Origin: Paraspadella gotoi
Taxonomy: Eukaryota > Animalia > Chaetognatha
Direction of reading: 5' to 3'
DNA length: 64,000 bases
Assembly (NCBI GenBank): GCA_051294375.1
Contig: CM119266.1
Location: forward strand, 12,067,180-12,131,179
Shown: one piece after another, positions 28,385 through 50,514 of the stretch
Numbering within the stretch: the first letter of the stretch is position 1
Layout: every line of letters starts with the position of its first letter
Translations under genes and position numbers: made by a program
The notes under the pieces: generated by a model
Databases searched by the model: none
The model's input: only the letters and a program-made list of their open reading frames with translations
What the model was told of the DNA's origin: nothing

Positions 28385-29230
28385 TTCCCCATTTTTTCGT
28401 CTCCTTTTGATTTCCGAGACCATTTTTTTCACCCTTTTTTTAAAAACCGATTCCAGTTTTTTTTTCTTCCCATTTTTATTCTTTTTTTGGGCGATTTATT
28501 CTTTCTCTCCATCCGTCGCCACCGACATTTTATCCTCTACTTTCGGGCTTTCATTCGATTCCGAGTGGGCGGGTCCATCGCTTTCTCCTTTCCTCAACTA
28601 TTTTTTTTTCTCCTTTCTCTCGATCTCTCAAAATCACTTTAAATTCCTCGTCACTGCATCTCGACCGCTTTAAAAAGCAATAAAGCGAATTTGAATTGAA
28701 AATAACCGTTCTCTCTTTAAAAACGGACAGTGCTTCACGCTCTCGATTCGATTTGAAGCAAGCATAATCAGTTTTATTCATCAATTTATTAATATTAATC
28801 CTTGATGCGGCTTTCCCTTTTAAAGTTAATTAATTCTCCATCTTCATTTTTTACTCCCTACTTTGACCCTTTCTCGTCCCACCGTTATCCTTTCAATCCT
28901 GTTCCTTCTTAGCTTCAAAATGCGTAACCAAAAAAAACATTATAAACCTAAACTAAAATTGATCCGCCGTCGCGATTTTTTCCGACTCAAGAAACGAACC
29001 TTCGTTCCAGTCTCGACTAATCCAATCTCTTCGTCGCCCACATCAACGAATAAACCCCTTCAACACCCACCGCCCCCTCCCTTCCACCTCCCGTTCCCCT
29101 CATCTCAGTTCGTTTATCGACTTTCACTCGCTTCACGCGCTTCCTTCTTCGCTCTCACGCCCAGCAAGCGCATCACCGCTCATTAACTCACGCGCGAAAT
29201 CCTCCGCGCCATATCTCCTCTCTCTCTCTC

Positions 29231-29296
<66 letters not shown>

Positions 29297-29712
29297 TCTC
29301 TCTCTCTCTCTCTCTCCGCCAAAAATAGGCTCGAAAATTTTTCGTCCCGATTGAAGACGTTGGCGTGCGAAGTTTGTGTGTCAGCGCCGCTAATGCGGTT
29401 GCAGATTGTAAAGAGATGAACCTTGGAGGGAAAGAGATGAAGCCAACCTCGTTGCAGAAGGAAAACCATCGCCGGATTCCATTCGGCCACGAGCGCGGAT
29501 CATCAGCGGCTTTCGAGACGGTCAAAGGTTAAGTCGTGCGAGAATCCCCAAGCTCAGCTCAGAACGAAGAAGAAGTCGACCTCTGTCGGGAGAAACTTGA
29601 ATAAAAAATGAAGCCTCTCCCGTCGGTGGGAGTCGCTCGACCCTGGACGGGCCGAACCGGGAGCGACGGGGAGTTGGGATCGTCGCCCTTGAACTCGAGG
29701 AAATAAAACGAG

Positions 29713-29792
29713 AGTTGTGGCATCTCAAAGTTGTGGCATCTCAGAGTTGTGGCATCTCAGAGTTGTGGCATCTCAGAGTTGTGGCATCTCAG
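29713..29792. repeat. 16-bp tandem repeat (AGTTGTGGCATCTCAG)x5
   Basis: Five head-to-tail units with one mismatch and no spacers. Confidence 0.95.
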
Positions 29793-30338
29793 AGATGGAT
29801 AGCAGGGTATCGAGGGATCAGCGATCCCTTAACTTTCGGAGATAACATTGAATCTTCTTTTCTACAACGAGGAATTTTCCTGTTAATTAGGTTAACCCAA
29901 CGAACAAGAGATAATTTTATCGTTTGAAAACCTAAATATGAGCGGGAATCGGAGAAATATGGCGTTTGCTATGTTTAGCTGCGCTGTAATAACTGAAAAT
30001 TGTTAAAGAACAGTCATTTCTTAGGTTTCTACCGCTTTTCTCCCTTTTATTTTATATCCGTATTAACTTGTTGCGTCCACAATTATCTGTTTTCAAAAAT
30101 CCAAGATTCGAGGCGGTTTCAACTTTTTTGACCCCAAAAGTTCAGGAGTTTAAATGAATATAATCAATATTGAACGCTGTCAAATTTTTCCTTCGAACTT
30201 TGAAAATTGGTTTTCCTAAAAACATGGAAGATTTTCGAAATAAATTAAAGGTAAATCCTATGTAAAAGAATAAATATTGATAGAAATAATAAGTTAGAAG
30301 CAGTTTAAGCTTCAATCGTAATTAATCGCTCCTGACAG

Positions 30339-31346
30339 ATGGACCCGTTATCTTCCCCAAGAAAACTCGCAATGGGTAAGTTATTTGTTATTTCACTGAG
30401 AAAGTTGGCAGAAAAAAAAGAGCATCGATCCGCAATTTCATCTTCGCGTCGCAAAATGATTTCAACTAATTTTCAGTCCCATCGTTGCTCTTCTTTTTCC
30501 TCCTCCTACTCTTCCTCATCCCCTTCCGTGCCGAGGGACTTCCGACGCCAATTACGACGCCTAGCGGACAAAGAAACGAGAGCGCTACTGACGGGCACGC
30601 CGCAGAGTAATGGAACCGAGCTACAAATCTAAATCTAATTAAAAATCATTCTCCAAACCTCCAAACCTCCAACTTTCCCCAACATATCCTTCAGACCTAC
30701 GACGATCTGCGGCGATGGCTTCGACGACTTCCCCGATTGGCCGGCAGGGCCGTGGGTAAAGACGCCGAAGCTCGAAGCGCCACTGGCGCCACTCCTCGGC
30801 GACTTGAGAGGATCGATGGTGACTCACGATTTCTCTACCAATAAAACCTCAATTAAGATCGAAGCGAGAACGATCTGTTACGTCATGGACCTGGATCGAG
30901 GTCGGCTCGTACCGCCCAGAGACATTAGAGACTTTTTCTCCATGCAAACGGTGAGGAACAAAAGAGAAATGGGAATCTAATAGTTCCCGGCGCAGTAATT
31001 TATGGCGGGGTTTCTTCAGGTTAGACAGTAGACACGTTAAGGGGCAGATCCAATGACTACTTAATAAAAAGTTGATGACCGTATGGTCCAAGGTTCAATC
31101 ACAAATCCTTGACACAACAATTCATTTTAATATCTATGAAGAATTTTCCCCATCCTACTCTTGTAGCGAGGAGAGTTTGCACCAAACTACGAAGAAATCA
31201 GTCGTACGATGCGCGTGGATCAAGGGCCTCTCTCCGCCGACGCCGTCAAGGCCGAACTGGGGGAACACATTCGACGAGCGTGTGGCGACGCAGCCGTCTA
31301 TACCCTCGTGAAAATAGACGATGTCGGAGAGGAAGAGGGAGGGTGA
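30339..31346 (+). CDS. Secreted (or signal-anchored) BRICHOS-domain protein, ITM2-like, 200 aa
   Basis: Exons 30339-30375, 30477-30606, 30695-30950 and 31167-31346 have GT-AG introns with matching phases (1,2,0). Protein: MDPLSSPRKLAMVPSLLFFFLLLLFLIPFRAEGLPTP...VTHDFSTNKTSIKIEARTICYVMDLDRGRLVPPRDIRDFFSMQTRGEFAPNYEEISRTMRVDQGPLSADAVKAELGEHIRRACGDAAVYTLVKIDDVGEEEGG*. The pattern HDF...CYV..L....PP...LG..I...C....Y.L matches ITM2 BRICHOS. AATAAA at ~31413. Confidence 0.88.
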
Positions 31347-32854
31347 TCGAAAGGAATGGTATCCAATATAAAAAGGAACAAAGTGAAGGCTTGTTTAATA
31401 CTACTTTTATTTAATAAAACTTGCTAATTATATTTTCAAAGAATGCTTCTGCGGGGATAGACTTAGATTTTTCAATTTTAATATGTAGTTTACTTAAAAT
31501 GCTAGTGAAAAAAAATGCTACCTTGTTGAAAAAAGAATAAACGTCGAGTTTAAGTAGCTTGGGAGGAGTGTTATCATAATTTAAAAAATGATTTTTTATG
31601 GCCATTTAAATTCGTTCTATGCACGTTGCACACTCCTCACGACTTTCCCATCATATTTTACCAATTGATGTCTCATTCGAATCAGAAAAGGCTAATTTTT
31701 AAAAAATGTATCTCTTTTCCCTCTTTATTTTTATATGAAAGGTATTAAAAATTGGGGATAACTTTTGGTGACTTATTTATTTTCCAACATGGTAGTTCGT
31801 CTGTTTCAACTTTCAATCATGGTGGCAACGAAAACGAACGCGGAGACAAATTAACGACTTTTTTTACAAAGGATCAGAGACAAGAAGGAGAAGGCAGAAG
31901 GAGGAGGGAGGAAGGATTAGAGAAAGGAGGCAGGGCGGGAAAGGAAAGAGATGAGTGGAATGGGGGGAACAAAAACAAAAACGGAGAAAAGAAGGAGAAA
32001 AGAAGGAGGAAAGGACGAACATCTCGTGATGAGAAAAGTAATTAAAACGGTATAAAATATCTACGTTTTGAAAAAAAAAAATGTTAAATACGTGAAAAAA
32101 AAAGCCTATTCTAATCCCGTTAGAATAACATTTGGCTTTGAAAAAATTAGAAAAATTATTAATGTTTAAATTTGATAATGTACAATAGTGAACGAGGTTT
32201 TTGTCCTATTTTCCATAAAATTTCTTATTAAGTCGTTTTTATCACCGTAGCGCTCAGTTCGATGCCTAATCTTCGCACGGGAGTGACCGAACGACCTAAT
32301 CTTTATGGAAGCAACCTAGCAACTCGATTCGGACGGCGTCGTCGCAAAAGTCACAGGAGGAAGAGGAAAGGGAAGAAGAACGAAGGGAGAGAGAGAAAGG
32401 TGAATGGAAATAATTTTATAAGGAGACAGGAAAGAAAAGGAGAAAAAATGAAAAGATGATAGATAAAAAGAAGGAAGGGTAACCAGAGGAAAAGGAGGAA
32501 TTAGCGATAGAAAGGAAAAAAAGAGAAGAAGTTTAAGAGAAAACGAGGAAGAACTATGAAGTAAGAAAAAAAAGAGAGAAAGGCGGATTAAAAAAATTAA
32601 GAAACTGAAAAAAAAGGAGGAAATACAACGAGGAAAGATGTAAAAAAGGGAAAAAGAAAAAGAAAGAAAAATAGAGAAGAAGAAGAAAAAAAGACGAACC
32701 ACAACATCATCATGATGCGGAACGACCGAATGAAAAAAAAAAGTCTTTCAATCAACGAAGAGAACGCAGCAATCGACGCGACAACAACGACAAATTACAA
32801 CGACGACAATTCGAGAAATGTCGAGAGAGAGAGAGAGGGAGAGAGAGGAGGGGG

Positions 32855-32902
<48 letters not shown>

Positions 32903-33118
32903 GAGAGACGAGACGAGACGAAGATGAGAAAGAGAGAGAGAGAGGAAGATGAGATCGAGCCAATCTCGTTTTCATTCACCCAAAAAATGGAAAGAGAATA
33001 AGAAAAAACTTTCGGAAGTCATTTCGCAAAGAAAGGAAGAAGAGTGAGGAGACGAGGGGGTAGAAATAGGACCATCGGATTCCTTTTCGTCGTCGTCGAT
33101 GTCGTCGTCGTCGTCGAT

Positions 33119-33153
<35 letters not shown>

Positions 33154-33462
33154 GATTTTCGGAAACGCGAATGGAAAAACATACGTCAACCAAACTTCTT
33201 TTTTTTTAAACGAAATTCTTTTTCAAATTCGTCTTTTTTTTTCTCTTTTCTTCGTAAGATTCCCTCTACATCTCCAGCGCCCTCATTCGCACAAATCACG
33301 CGTCGAGCCGCGAGCACAAAAGCCCCATTTTTCTCTCCTCTTTTCTTAACATCGCCAATAAAAATCGAGGTCAGGAAATATTTCCAAGAGAGAGAGCGAG
33401 CAGGAGCGTTTAAATTAGGAGAGAAGAGGCAAAAAAAAAGGGGAGCGGAGAGAGAGAAAGAG

Positions 33463-33540
<78 letters not shown>

Positions 33541-35507
33541 ATCAAAAAGAGAGAAAAAGAGGAACGAGAGACTGGAAAAGAGAAAAAGATTTAGAAAAAA
33601 GCATAAGAGACAATGAAGGAAAAATGGAGAAACTAAAGAGAGAGAGGAGAGAGAGAGGAAGAGATGAGAGAGAGAGAGAGAGAGAGAGAGAGTGAGAGAA
33701 CAAAAAAAACCCGGGTGGCGCGAAAGTAGTAGCGGTAAATCAAGTTGTGATTAGTTGTCGGAAGCGATGATGGATCGTTGGTGAGTCGGCGCCGGAAACG
33801 AGGGACTCGCCGAGATTCGATGAAAAAGAGGTGGAGGGGTAGAGTAGGTTAGGGTGGGGTGGACTTTTGAGGAGCGCGAGAAAAAAAGGAGGGTGGTGCG
33901 TTTTTTAAGAGCGGTGGGGGCCCGGGGGAGCAAGCTTTTCATTTTTGACTTGACCGATGGGTCATAATTAGCGAACAACGATCTGCGATGGAATGAGAAT
34001 TGTATACAAGTGAAATGAAAGATGGAATTAGATAGAGAATGAAAAAAAGCAAGAAAATAATATAAGGATTAAACTGAGATTGAAAATAAGACTCGATTGA
34101 GAGGAACAGTTATTTAACTAAGTTTGAAATTCATCAGAGAATAAAAAGATTTAGAGAAGGTGAATATGTAATGGCGCTCTTGATTCACAAAGTCACGAGA
34201 TTGTGAACGGGTGATGAAGAATGAGCGAGGCAATCGATGATTTTAACCGAGCACTTCAAAGCGTTAAAGCTTTCTCTCTTCCTCACTTCCTTTCTCTCTT
34301 TCTCTCTTTCTCTCTTTCTCTCTTTCTCTCTTTTTCTCTTTCTCTCTCTCGTTCGCTTTTTGTTCGTTCCTCTCTGAAATCACTGAAAAGAAATGTTTTG
34401 AATGAAAATGGGGGGAATAGAAATTTGAGAAAAAAAAATATTGTGGGGTGACAGGAAGGCCATTTGCATAATTACACTGGTGAATGTATGGGCATTGGTG
34501 CCGAAGGGATCCTTTAGAAATTCGGACAACGAGATCGAGAACGAAAAAAAATCTCGCGCCGCCATTTTGGATTACTAATTTCTTTGGGGGGGAAGATCGA
34601 AGGAAGGAAATTTAAAGGAAATTCTTATTGAAAGGACGAGTATATAAAAGTATAAGTAGACAAAGTGATAATGAGGCAGTTTTCAGTTTTCAGTTTTCAC
34701 TTAACGCTGTAGAATATGGAAGAGAAACTCTCCCGTCAAAACATCTTTTTAGCGACCGAAGTAAACAAAAACAAACTACTACGTATTATCAATTTGTTTT
34801 GTAAAAATCCGTTTCTGATGTAACGACACTAAAAGAACAACTTATCGATGAAATGAAATCGCCAGATGCCACGCCTCGGGAGCCCAAAAGGGAGGATTAA
34901 TGCGAAGACGACGATGATGACGACGACGATGACGACGACGACGATGACAACGGAGAAGACGATTATAATGACGAAGACGACAAGAGTGAAGCCAAATATC
35001 GACTTCGCTACAGATATTGATCGCCCGCGTACGATACGGCCAAGATTATGACGGAAAAAGGATTAGTTTATATTTAGAATCCACGAAGAGCGAGTTAATT
35101 CTAAAAAAATTGCAGTTCGGGAGAAATTTCTCTCAAGCAGTTGAAAGAAATTAAATTATGTAGAAAATAATAACTCGGCAGCAGAGACTAAATGAATTAC
35201 TCGGAAAAGTAATCTGGGGACCTTTTTTTCTCTCACATCCTGGAGAACGATGTTCATTTGTTCATATTTCCTAAAACTTAAACGGAAATGTGCAAAAACC
35301 AACACGTTGCGGATTCAAGCGGCAGTTTTGCATATTGACCTTAACCAAATTCTCAAGTTGATAATCAAAAGAACAAGAAACTTTTCAATTTCGCAAATTG
35401 AGAAAGAAAAAAATAGCTCGGAACAGGAAAATAACCAAATAAAAAGTATGCAGATCTAGAAACACCAAAAAATATATACTTGTAAAAAAAAGACCGATAA
35501 CACGTGG

Positions 35508-35581
35508 GGCGCCATGGCTTAGTTGGTTAAAGCGCCTGTCTAGTAAACAGGAGATCCCGAGTTCGAATCTCGGTGGTGCCT
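35508..35581 (+). tRNA. tRNA-Thr(AGT)
   Basis: GGCGCCATGGCTTAGTTGGTTAAAGCGCCTGTCTAGTAAACAGGAGATCCCGAGTTCGAATCTCGGTGGTGCCT. Full cloverleaf followed by a T-run terminator. Confidence 0.96.
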
Positions 35582-35760
35582 ATTTTTGGACAATGGCGAA
35601 TTTTAAGAGTGGTCAACAATCAGTTTTGTGATTTAGGAAAATCTCTAATTCGGCTCGTAATTTCAATCGCTTTCACCTTCGATCAGTCGTGCCAATCATG
35701 GCGACGCCCTCACCCATCCATGACAAACCACCCTAAACCCAACCTTTAACCCGACAACAC

Positions 35761-43120
<7,360 letters not shown>

Positions 43121-44259
43121 CTTTCGTTTTCCCGACTTTTTTTTTCTTTCTCGATCCGCCTTGCTTAATGAAACTTCCCTTTGTTCCTTTTTTTTTTTAT
43201 TTCACGATTTTTATTCTCCGTTTTATTTCACGGTTTTTATCCTCGTTTTTATCCGAGTAAAGAACATCGACCCTTCGAGGGGGTTTTGGTGTGTTTTTTT
43301 GTGTTTTTTTTTGTAATATTTTGTTTCTTGGTTCTTGGTTGTTTCTTCGCGTTGCTTTTTTGATTTTTATCTATACTTTTTTGTTTCGTTTTTTTTTTTG
43401 TTCTTCCTTGTTTTCTTGCGTCAATTTTATCTATTTTTTGTTTTGTTTATCTTTTGTTTATATTTCCGACTTCGCGAGACGCGGGCGACGCCGTTTATCG
43501 ACTAATTTGACCGCCGAGAGTCGCGACGGAGCGAAATTTCTTAGTCTCCTTTTATTCCTTATTTTTAACGACTCTCTCCTTAATAAATCGAGTTCGCGTC
43601 CATTTTTCCCAGCAGATCTCTCTCCAAAAAAAGAATCGCCCGCGGCCCCCGTCACGCTAAGACCCTGAGCGGGTGAAGGGACACCGAATAAACCAGGGTA
43701 AAAAATAATAATAAAAAAAAAATATTCAAAACTCCCCGACGATATTTTATCTGTTTAAAGAGAGGGAGACCGACGGGAAGAGCTTATTAAAAAAAACTGT
43801 CGCTCGCGGGAATAAAAAATAAAGAGAAAAGAGAGAGAAAGAGAGAAAGACAGAGACAGAGAGAGAGATTGCGACGATTCCTAATAAACGGTAAATGTAC
43901 GAGGACGAAGAACGATGAGGAGCGTGGGCGCGTGGACGACGAAAAGACTCTGCGTCGGGTGGGCGGCGATCGACCGGCGAGTGGACGGGGATCTTTTTTA
44001 GTTCAAGTGCGTATCGATCTGGAGGTATTATTTATACATTACAACGTTAAAAAAAGTTGAAAGGGAAAAAAAAAGGGAGAGGATTATAGGAAGAAGGATA
44101 AAAAAAAAATCCAGCTGAAGGGGCTCCGTTTTATTTTATTCATTTTTTATCGGGAGTGAGTCCAGAATGAGAAATTACAGATTCACCAAAAAGTTCAGAC
44201 CGAACCCTCGCCGAGTAACTGCAGCGAATAGAGAGAGAGAGAGAGGCTGAAAATCTGAG

Positions 44260-44320
<61 letters not shown>

Positions 44321-47300
44321 CGCCTGGGCTGTTTCAGTCAAGATGGAAAACGATCACGTAGAAGTTATATGCTTTTTTTTATCCTGTTTTTTTTGTGATA
44401 TCATTTTTATTATTTTAACATAATGTAGCTTCGCATTTAACCATTATTCATTTTTTGGTTTTTTTGTTTTGTTTTTTATTTATATTATCTTTGTTTCGAA
44501 CGAGAAAGGTTTCGCCGCCCGCCACCAGAGGGGGGTTCTCCCGCGGAATGTCTATATCGACGGCGTACGAACGCGAACTTATCTTTTGTTGTCGTTGTTG
44601 TTGTTGTGATTTTATCGAACGTTTTTGAATATTTTCTTTTTCTTTTCTTCTCTCGTCTGGTTTTTTCTCCGCTTACCTTTTCTTTTTCTCAATTCGGATT
44701 TGTGACTTCTCCAGCCAAATGCTTTTTGCGAATAAAAAAAAGAAGAAAAATCTTTAAAACTTTTCGCGGTTTGTGGCTTTTTTTATCATCTTGAGATAAT
44801 AAAAAAAAATCTTTATTCACAGTTTTCCTAGATTAAAAGAGGAGGAAGAGGAGGAGGAGGAGGAAGAGGAGTTTGAGTCACGAGTTTTTTGAGCCGAAAA
44901 CAACTTTGAGGATTTATTTTCCTCGACTTCCTTCGAAGGCCCCGTCAGTGTAGACCTTCTCCTAATGGTGCCTCTTAGAGGAGTCGCTCCTCCTTCTTCT
45001 CTCTGTTTCTTTGATTACTTTATCGGGTGGAGGAGCTATGATTTCTTCATCTTTTTTATGATTCTCAAGACTCTTAGTTAAAGTGTTATGACCGCCTCAT
45101 GTCTTGGATTGTAACATCTTATTTCTTGTTAAACAACTTTTTAACACCGATTACTCTCATTGGATTTTGCATCTTTGATCTCCCTTATTGATTGCTGTAT
45201 CACTTTCATTGCCTCATCTGATTACACTATCCCTTTTCGATTACCAGTCTTACTTTTTCAAAGTCACAACCGCTTTCGCCAATCACGAACTCTCACTCGA
45301 AAACCCACTGATCTCCCGCTCGAAGAAGCATCACCACAAACCCCCTCTTGGATCGATGACCACTCTCCTTCGATTCCTCCTTCTATCACCCCTGCTACTC
45401 CCGACAAAAAAAACCCTCAAACCCCCCGAGGCCCCCTTTGAACCGAGAGCCAGAGTGGGTCAAACCGTTTGCGTCGAATCTTCCGCCGATTCGAGCGACG
45501 ACCTTCTTCGAGCTTCGATTCATTGAGTTCGCTCGCGAAAAACCACGAAGATCGTCGTCGTTATCGTCATCGTTATCGTCGTCGTCGTCGTTGTGAAAAA
45601 CCAAAAAAATCCCGATGAAAAAGAAACATCGCGTTCACATGTTCTTTACGAGATAGTGGTCGTCGGGTTTAGTCTTCTTCGTCGTCGTCGTCGTCGTTAG
45701 CGTCTTGATGAATCTTCGTCAAGAAGGGATATTTTAAGGAACATGCACGATTTTCCACGTTGTGGTTAAATCTTGGGGGGTTTATATAGTCGCTATGATG
45801 AACGCTTATGTATCCTCGATGTCGTCGTCGTCTTCGTCGTCATTATCATCGTCATCGAAAAAAGATAATTTGTGTTTTGTTTTCTATCATCGTCATCGTC
45901 TTCTGCGTCGTCGTCATCAAAGTTACTTCGTCCGTTTGTTTTTTGTCATCGTCGTCTTCGTCGTCGTCGTCTTCGCCGTCGTCGTCGTCGTCGTCGTCGA
46001 AGGATTCGCCAATGGTTTATGGGCAGATGGACGAAATTCGTTCGCCGTCGAAATGATTAATTTCGCCGCCTCAAACTTTTCACTTTTTATTTTTATTTTT
46101 ACGAAGCCAATTTTCGATTTTCTTCGCGGGTGAAACGAGACGAAGCCAGAAATTTTTTTTTTTTATAAGAAGATTAAACGATTTGAAACAATATGACATT
46201 TAAACAATAAATGAGTATTGAGCAAGACTAATTGCACTAATGGCACTAAAAATAAAATTCAAACAATTAAGGATCATTGCGGACATTGCAAATTGGAAAA
46301 GTATTAAGTATATCAATGAAAATCATGAGTGAATATTATCATTATCATTACGAAGCCAGAAACGAATGCGGAGCGAGGGAGAAAATGGATTTTGGAGATC
46401 GCTCGAGGGGCTTCGGACTTGTGGTAGGATTATGGAAAACTAGTCATTGATTAAATTACGGAACAAGCGTGATGAATATTTATTTGCTTGATCGACTCGA
46501 TTGATTGATGGTTTTGATTGGTATATACATTGAAAATTAAATTGACTCTTTACTTTTATTGATTCATTTATTGTTTCACAGATTGATTCATAAAGAGTAA
46601 AAAATCAAATTGTATTTTCAAAATTCTCGATGTAAATATTACGTATCAATTTGACTAAGATATTATCAATAAAGAAATTTTTAACTGAAAATAAACGTCC
46701 GACTGGGCGACTTCCTCGCTCTCTCTTCACATTCGCCACTTCCGATCGCTTTTGCCAACGGAAATCGCGCGAAATGTTTTTTTCTTCTTCTTTTTGAAAA
46801 CAGAAACAAGAGGCGAAAAAAGGGAAAACATTTTCTCCATCTTTGTCGGCTCCTTTCTTTTTCTTCACTTTCTTTTTTTTTTATTTTCTTTTAATGCCTT
46901 TTTTTTAAAAAAATGGTTCTCAAAACCATCGAGATTCGTGTAGGGCTCGTTTCGAAATTTTGAGCTCCCACCAAAAATTTTTGCTCGGTACCGAACTGAA
47001 AATTTGTTTTGAAAACACGACGAGGATAAGGACCGGCCTTTTTCTTCTTCAAACATTTCGAGACCGGAGTTGCCTTTTTTAAATTTTTTATCTGGAAGTA
47101 AAAAATAGAAGAGCCCAGGCAAAGGACAATGATATATTTTTGTATATATATGATGACATTGTCGTCGTTATTTTAAACACGCAGATGGAGAAATTTATTT
47201 CATTAGATTTAAATTTTTTTAGTTACAACGATTAGAAGTTCAAAATTGTTATCTCAATAAAAATTACCAATTAATTTCAGAGAAATATTTTCCTTAGTAT

Positions 47301-49818
47301 TAATTTGTTTATAATTTTATATTGCAGAAAAAAAACAGTAGATAAAATTTTAAAAAATGTAGAATTATGACACGGTCTCCCTAAATCCGACGGCAGTTAC
47401 CAACTTGACGAAGACGTCGGGTGGCCTCGGCTCCGGTGATCTGTCCGACCAGGCTGTGGTTATACTATGGGTAAGGCCTAGTTAAGTCGCCTCTCTGTCT
47501 GAGCCGGTCGCAACTCCAAGCTTTCTTTGCCGCTTTGCCGCTAAACTAAAAACAAAAGCCGTCTTTTGTTTCTTTCGAATTGTTTTAGACGACAACCGAG
47601 AGAGCCTTCGATTTCATTTCTAAAACAAGTTGCCCCCGCATGATTTATATTTACAGTTTTTCTCGTTTTGAATTATAATCTGGGAAAAAGTGGGCAAAAA
47701 AATGTGGCCAAAAATACATTTTTAAATTAACTCAATTTATTTCATTAGTGCAAAAAAATATTGAAAATATTTCTATGCCGAAATGATTTGTGTGGGAGAA
47801 GTTAACTCATAAGATAGAATGTTCTCTTGAAACTTCAAGTAAAGAAAGGGAGCGTTTTTCCCATTTTAGTCAGTGGCTGATAGAATTTATCACTTGCCCA
47901 GAGTCAGTTAATTGGCGTTCAGCTATAAAATTCACGTTCTTTGTGAAAATATTGTGTTGGAAAAAGTTTAACACCTCCATGTAATAAAATTTTAAGCGAT
48001 TGTAAAGTGCGCAACAGATATAAAATTGTTTTTATATCGGTTAAAATTATTTTGTTTTAAATATTTTGGCTTAGATTTAGTAGTTTTAGTAAAATATAGA
48101 CATTCTTGACAAGAAGTCAAGAAAAATAAAACAAAACTTTTTCTCTCTAACGATAAATTTAGGTTTTTTTTCCTTTTTAAGGTTTTTTTTTTAAATTTGG
48201 CGGTTTCGTCATGGAATTAGCGGATTTCATGTTCACAGAAAGACCACAACTTGGACCACATCTTCTACTGAGACAACGATTTCATCCTTTCAAATATTTC
48301 TTTTGAAGCCTTTCTCAAACTGAGTCGCGGCATCCGGCGAACTCGGCTGCACCCGATGAAGATAATCGCCCCGGCGTCGACGGCGGCTGCGGCGGCGGCG
48401 ACGCGGCGGCGGCCGTAAAACAATCGAAATGTCGATCACTTTTCCCTTTCGACCCGAAATACACAAAAGCCGTGAACTCCGAACCCAAAGTTGTGAACCC
48501 AAAATTTGCGTTCCCCAACCTCGAGGGGTCAAAAATTTGGGAAAAAAGTTAATTACTATTGTTTATCTTTAAAATGTATATTAAAAATTATGAGGTTATT
48601 AGTTATCATGAGTATTTTATAGCGAAGCGAAGTATGACATATATTCGAATAAAGAATGAAGAAAAGTTTTTTAAATCTTGATTTACAAAGAAAAATTGAT
48701 CGCGTTCTTATTTTTATTTTATTGTTGTTTTTCTGTTGTTTTTTGTTTGTTTGTTTATCTGTATTTTATTCTCGAGAAAAAACTTCAGTGATTCGACGAA
48801 AAAAGTCCGACTCTTTTTTTCGATCACATTTTCGAAGACGGCGACGACGATGACAAAGACGACGACGACGACGACGACGACAGAGATGGAGAGATCGACG
48901 TCAGCGACGAATGAATCGAAGGCGAACGACGACGAATTTGTACGACGAAGTTGACTGCGACGACGATGTTCGTCGACGATAAGACCGCGACGATGTCGAT
49001 GGCGCCGCAATGTTTATTCCATCTGTTGCTGCAAGAAAACTGCAATATTGTGACGAAGAAGACGATGAAGACCAGGAGATTTAGTGTAATGACGACGACG
49101 ACGAAGACATCGAAGACGATTGCGCAACAAGGGCCTTCAGTAGAGTGATGTGAAAATGATAAAATTTTAGAAAATTAAAATTTAGCATATAAAATATGAA
49201 AATAAAAACCAATAAAAATACTTTGGTAAATTTATTTTTAAATTTTATACATTGGTGGGCACTAGTGAGCTATATTTACATATAGTATTAAGTATATAAT
49301 AGGCTAAAATTTCAAATTGCAAATTTTAAAATTTTAAGATCGGATTTGGATTTTTTGCAAAAAGGTAACATAAGAATGGAAATTTCTTTTTTCAAAATTA
49401 TTTCATTAAGTTGGTTAAAAATGTAAAAAATTATATTTAAGATGCTGATTTTCAATTTCCAGTTTAAAAATATAGTTTTTTTTATAATTTTAACCTACTT
49501 AATGACATAATTTTTAAAAAAAGATTTACATTTTCTTTTATCAACTTTTAACGAGGAATCTGAATCTGTTCTCAGAATTAAAAAAAAATATTTTAAAATT
49601 TTCACATTATATAAGGGTAGTACTATATACATAATAAGCCTACTGGGCTACTATATTTATAAAAAAAAGAAAAATAACTACAGATTAGTATTTACTCATA
49701 TGATAGTTTTCAAGATATAACTGCTAAATTTTGATTCCAAACTTTCACTTCACCCTAGCCTTCAGTCGCTAAATGGCTCAACCTTTTAACTCTCTCTCTC
49801 TCTCTCTCTGTCTCTCTT

Positions 49819-49966
<148 letters not shown>

Positions 49967-50514
49967 CAAAATCGCGTTGAGAACGTGACGAAAGTCAACC
50001 GCAAAAGTTGGCACGGCGGATGGAAAAACCCGCATTTTTAAAACCCGGATGTTCGACCCGGATGTCATTCTTTTTGCATGAGGTCGATGCCGTAGGTTGA
50101 TCACGTCTCGATCTTATATAACGAGGTGATTTTTGTTATTTTTTCTTATCGAAATTTTTCGAGGGTGACTCCTTTACTATTTTGCGATTGATCGGAATTT
50201 TTAGTATCGGATTATATTGTAATTTTATATCAAAATTTATAACTGTTTATTAAGTTGTTTATGGGAGAAAGCCTTTTTTGGCTTCGGTCGTGACTCGTGA
50301 GTCGTGAGGAACAAAAGATTTTTATGTTTTATCACAGACCAAATAAAATCTAAAACGAGCAAAGTTGCGTAAGCTTAGGTTCTGATTTTGTTAATTTATG
50401 GAATTAATTTGACACGACTCTTTTCAAACTAGAAAAGAATCGAATACGACTAAATTGGGAATTCATTGGAGAAGAGAGAAAACAAAGGGAATATAAAAAA
50501 TGGGGAAAAATAAG

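Noticed and set aside
29713-29792. Tandem repeats as a CRISPR array (also 5321-5577 and 27526-27575)
   Set aside because: The units are head-to-tail without unique spacers, the context is eukaryotic and there are no cas genes.
47405-47515. Possible HDV-like ribozyme (GTCGG/CCGAC, GGCCT/AGGCC, CGGCTC/GAGCCG stems)
   Set aside because: P3/P1.1 and the catalytic C in J4/2 are missing.
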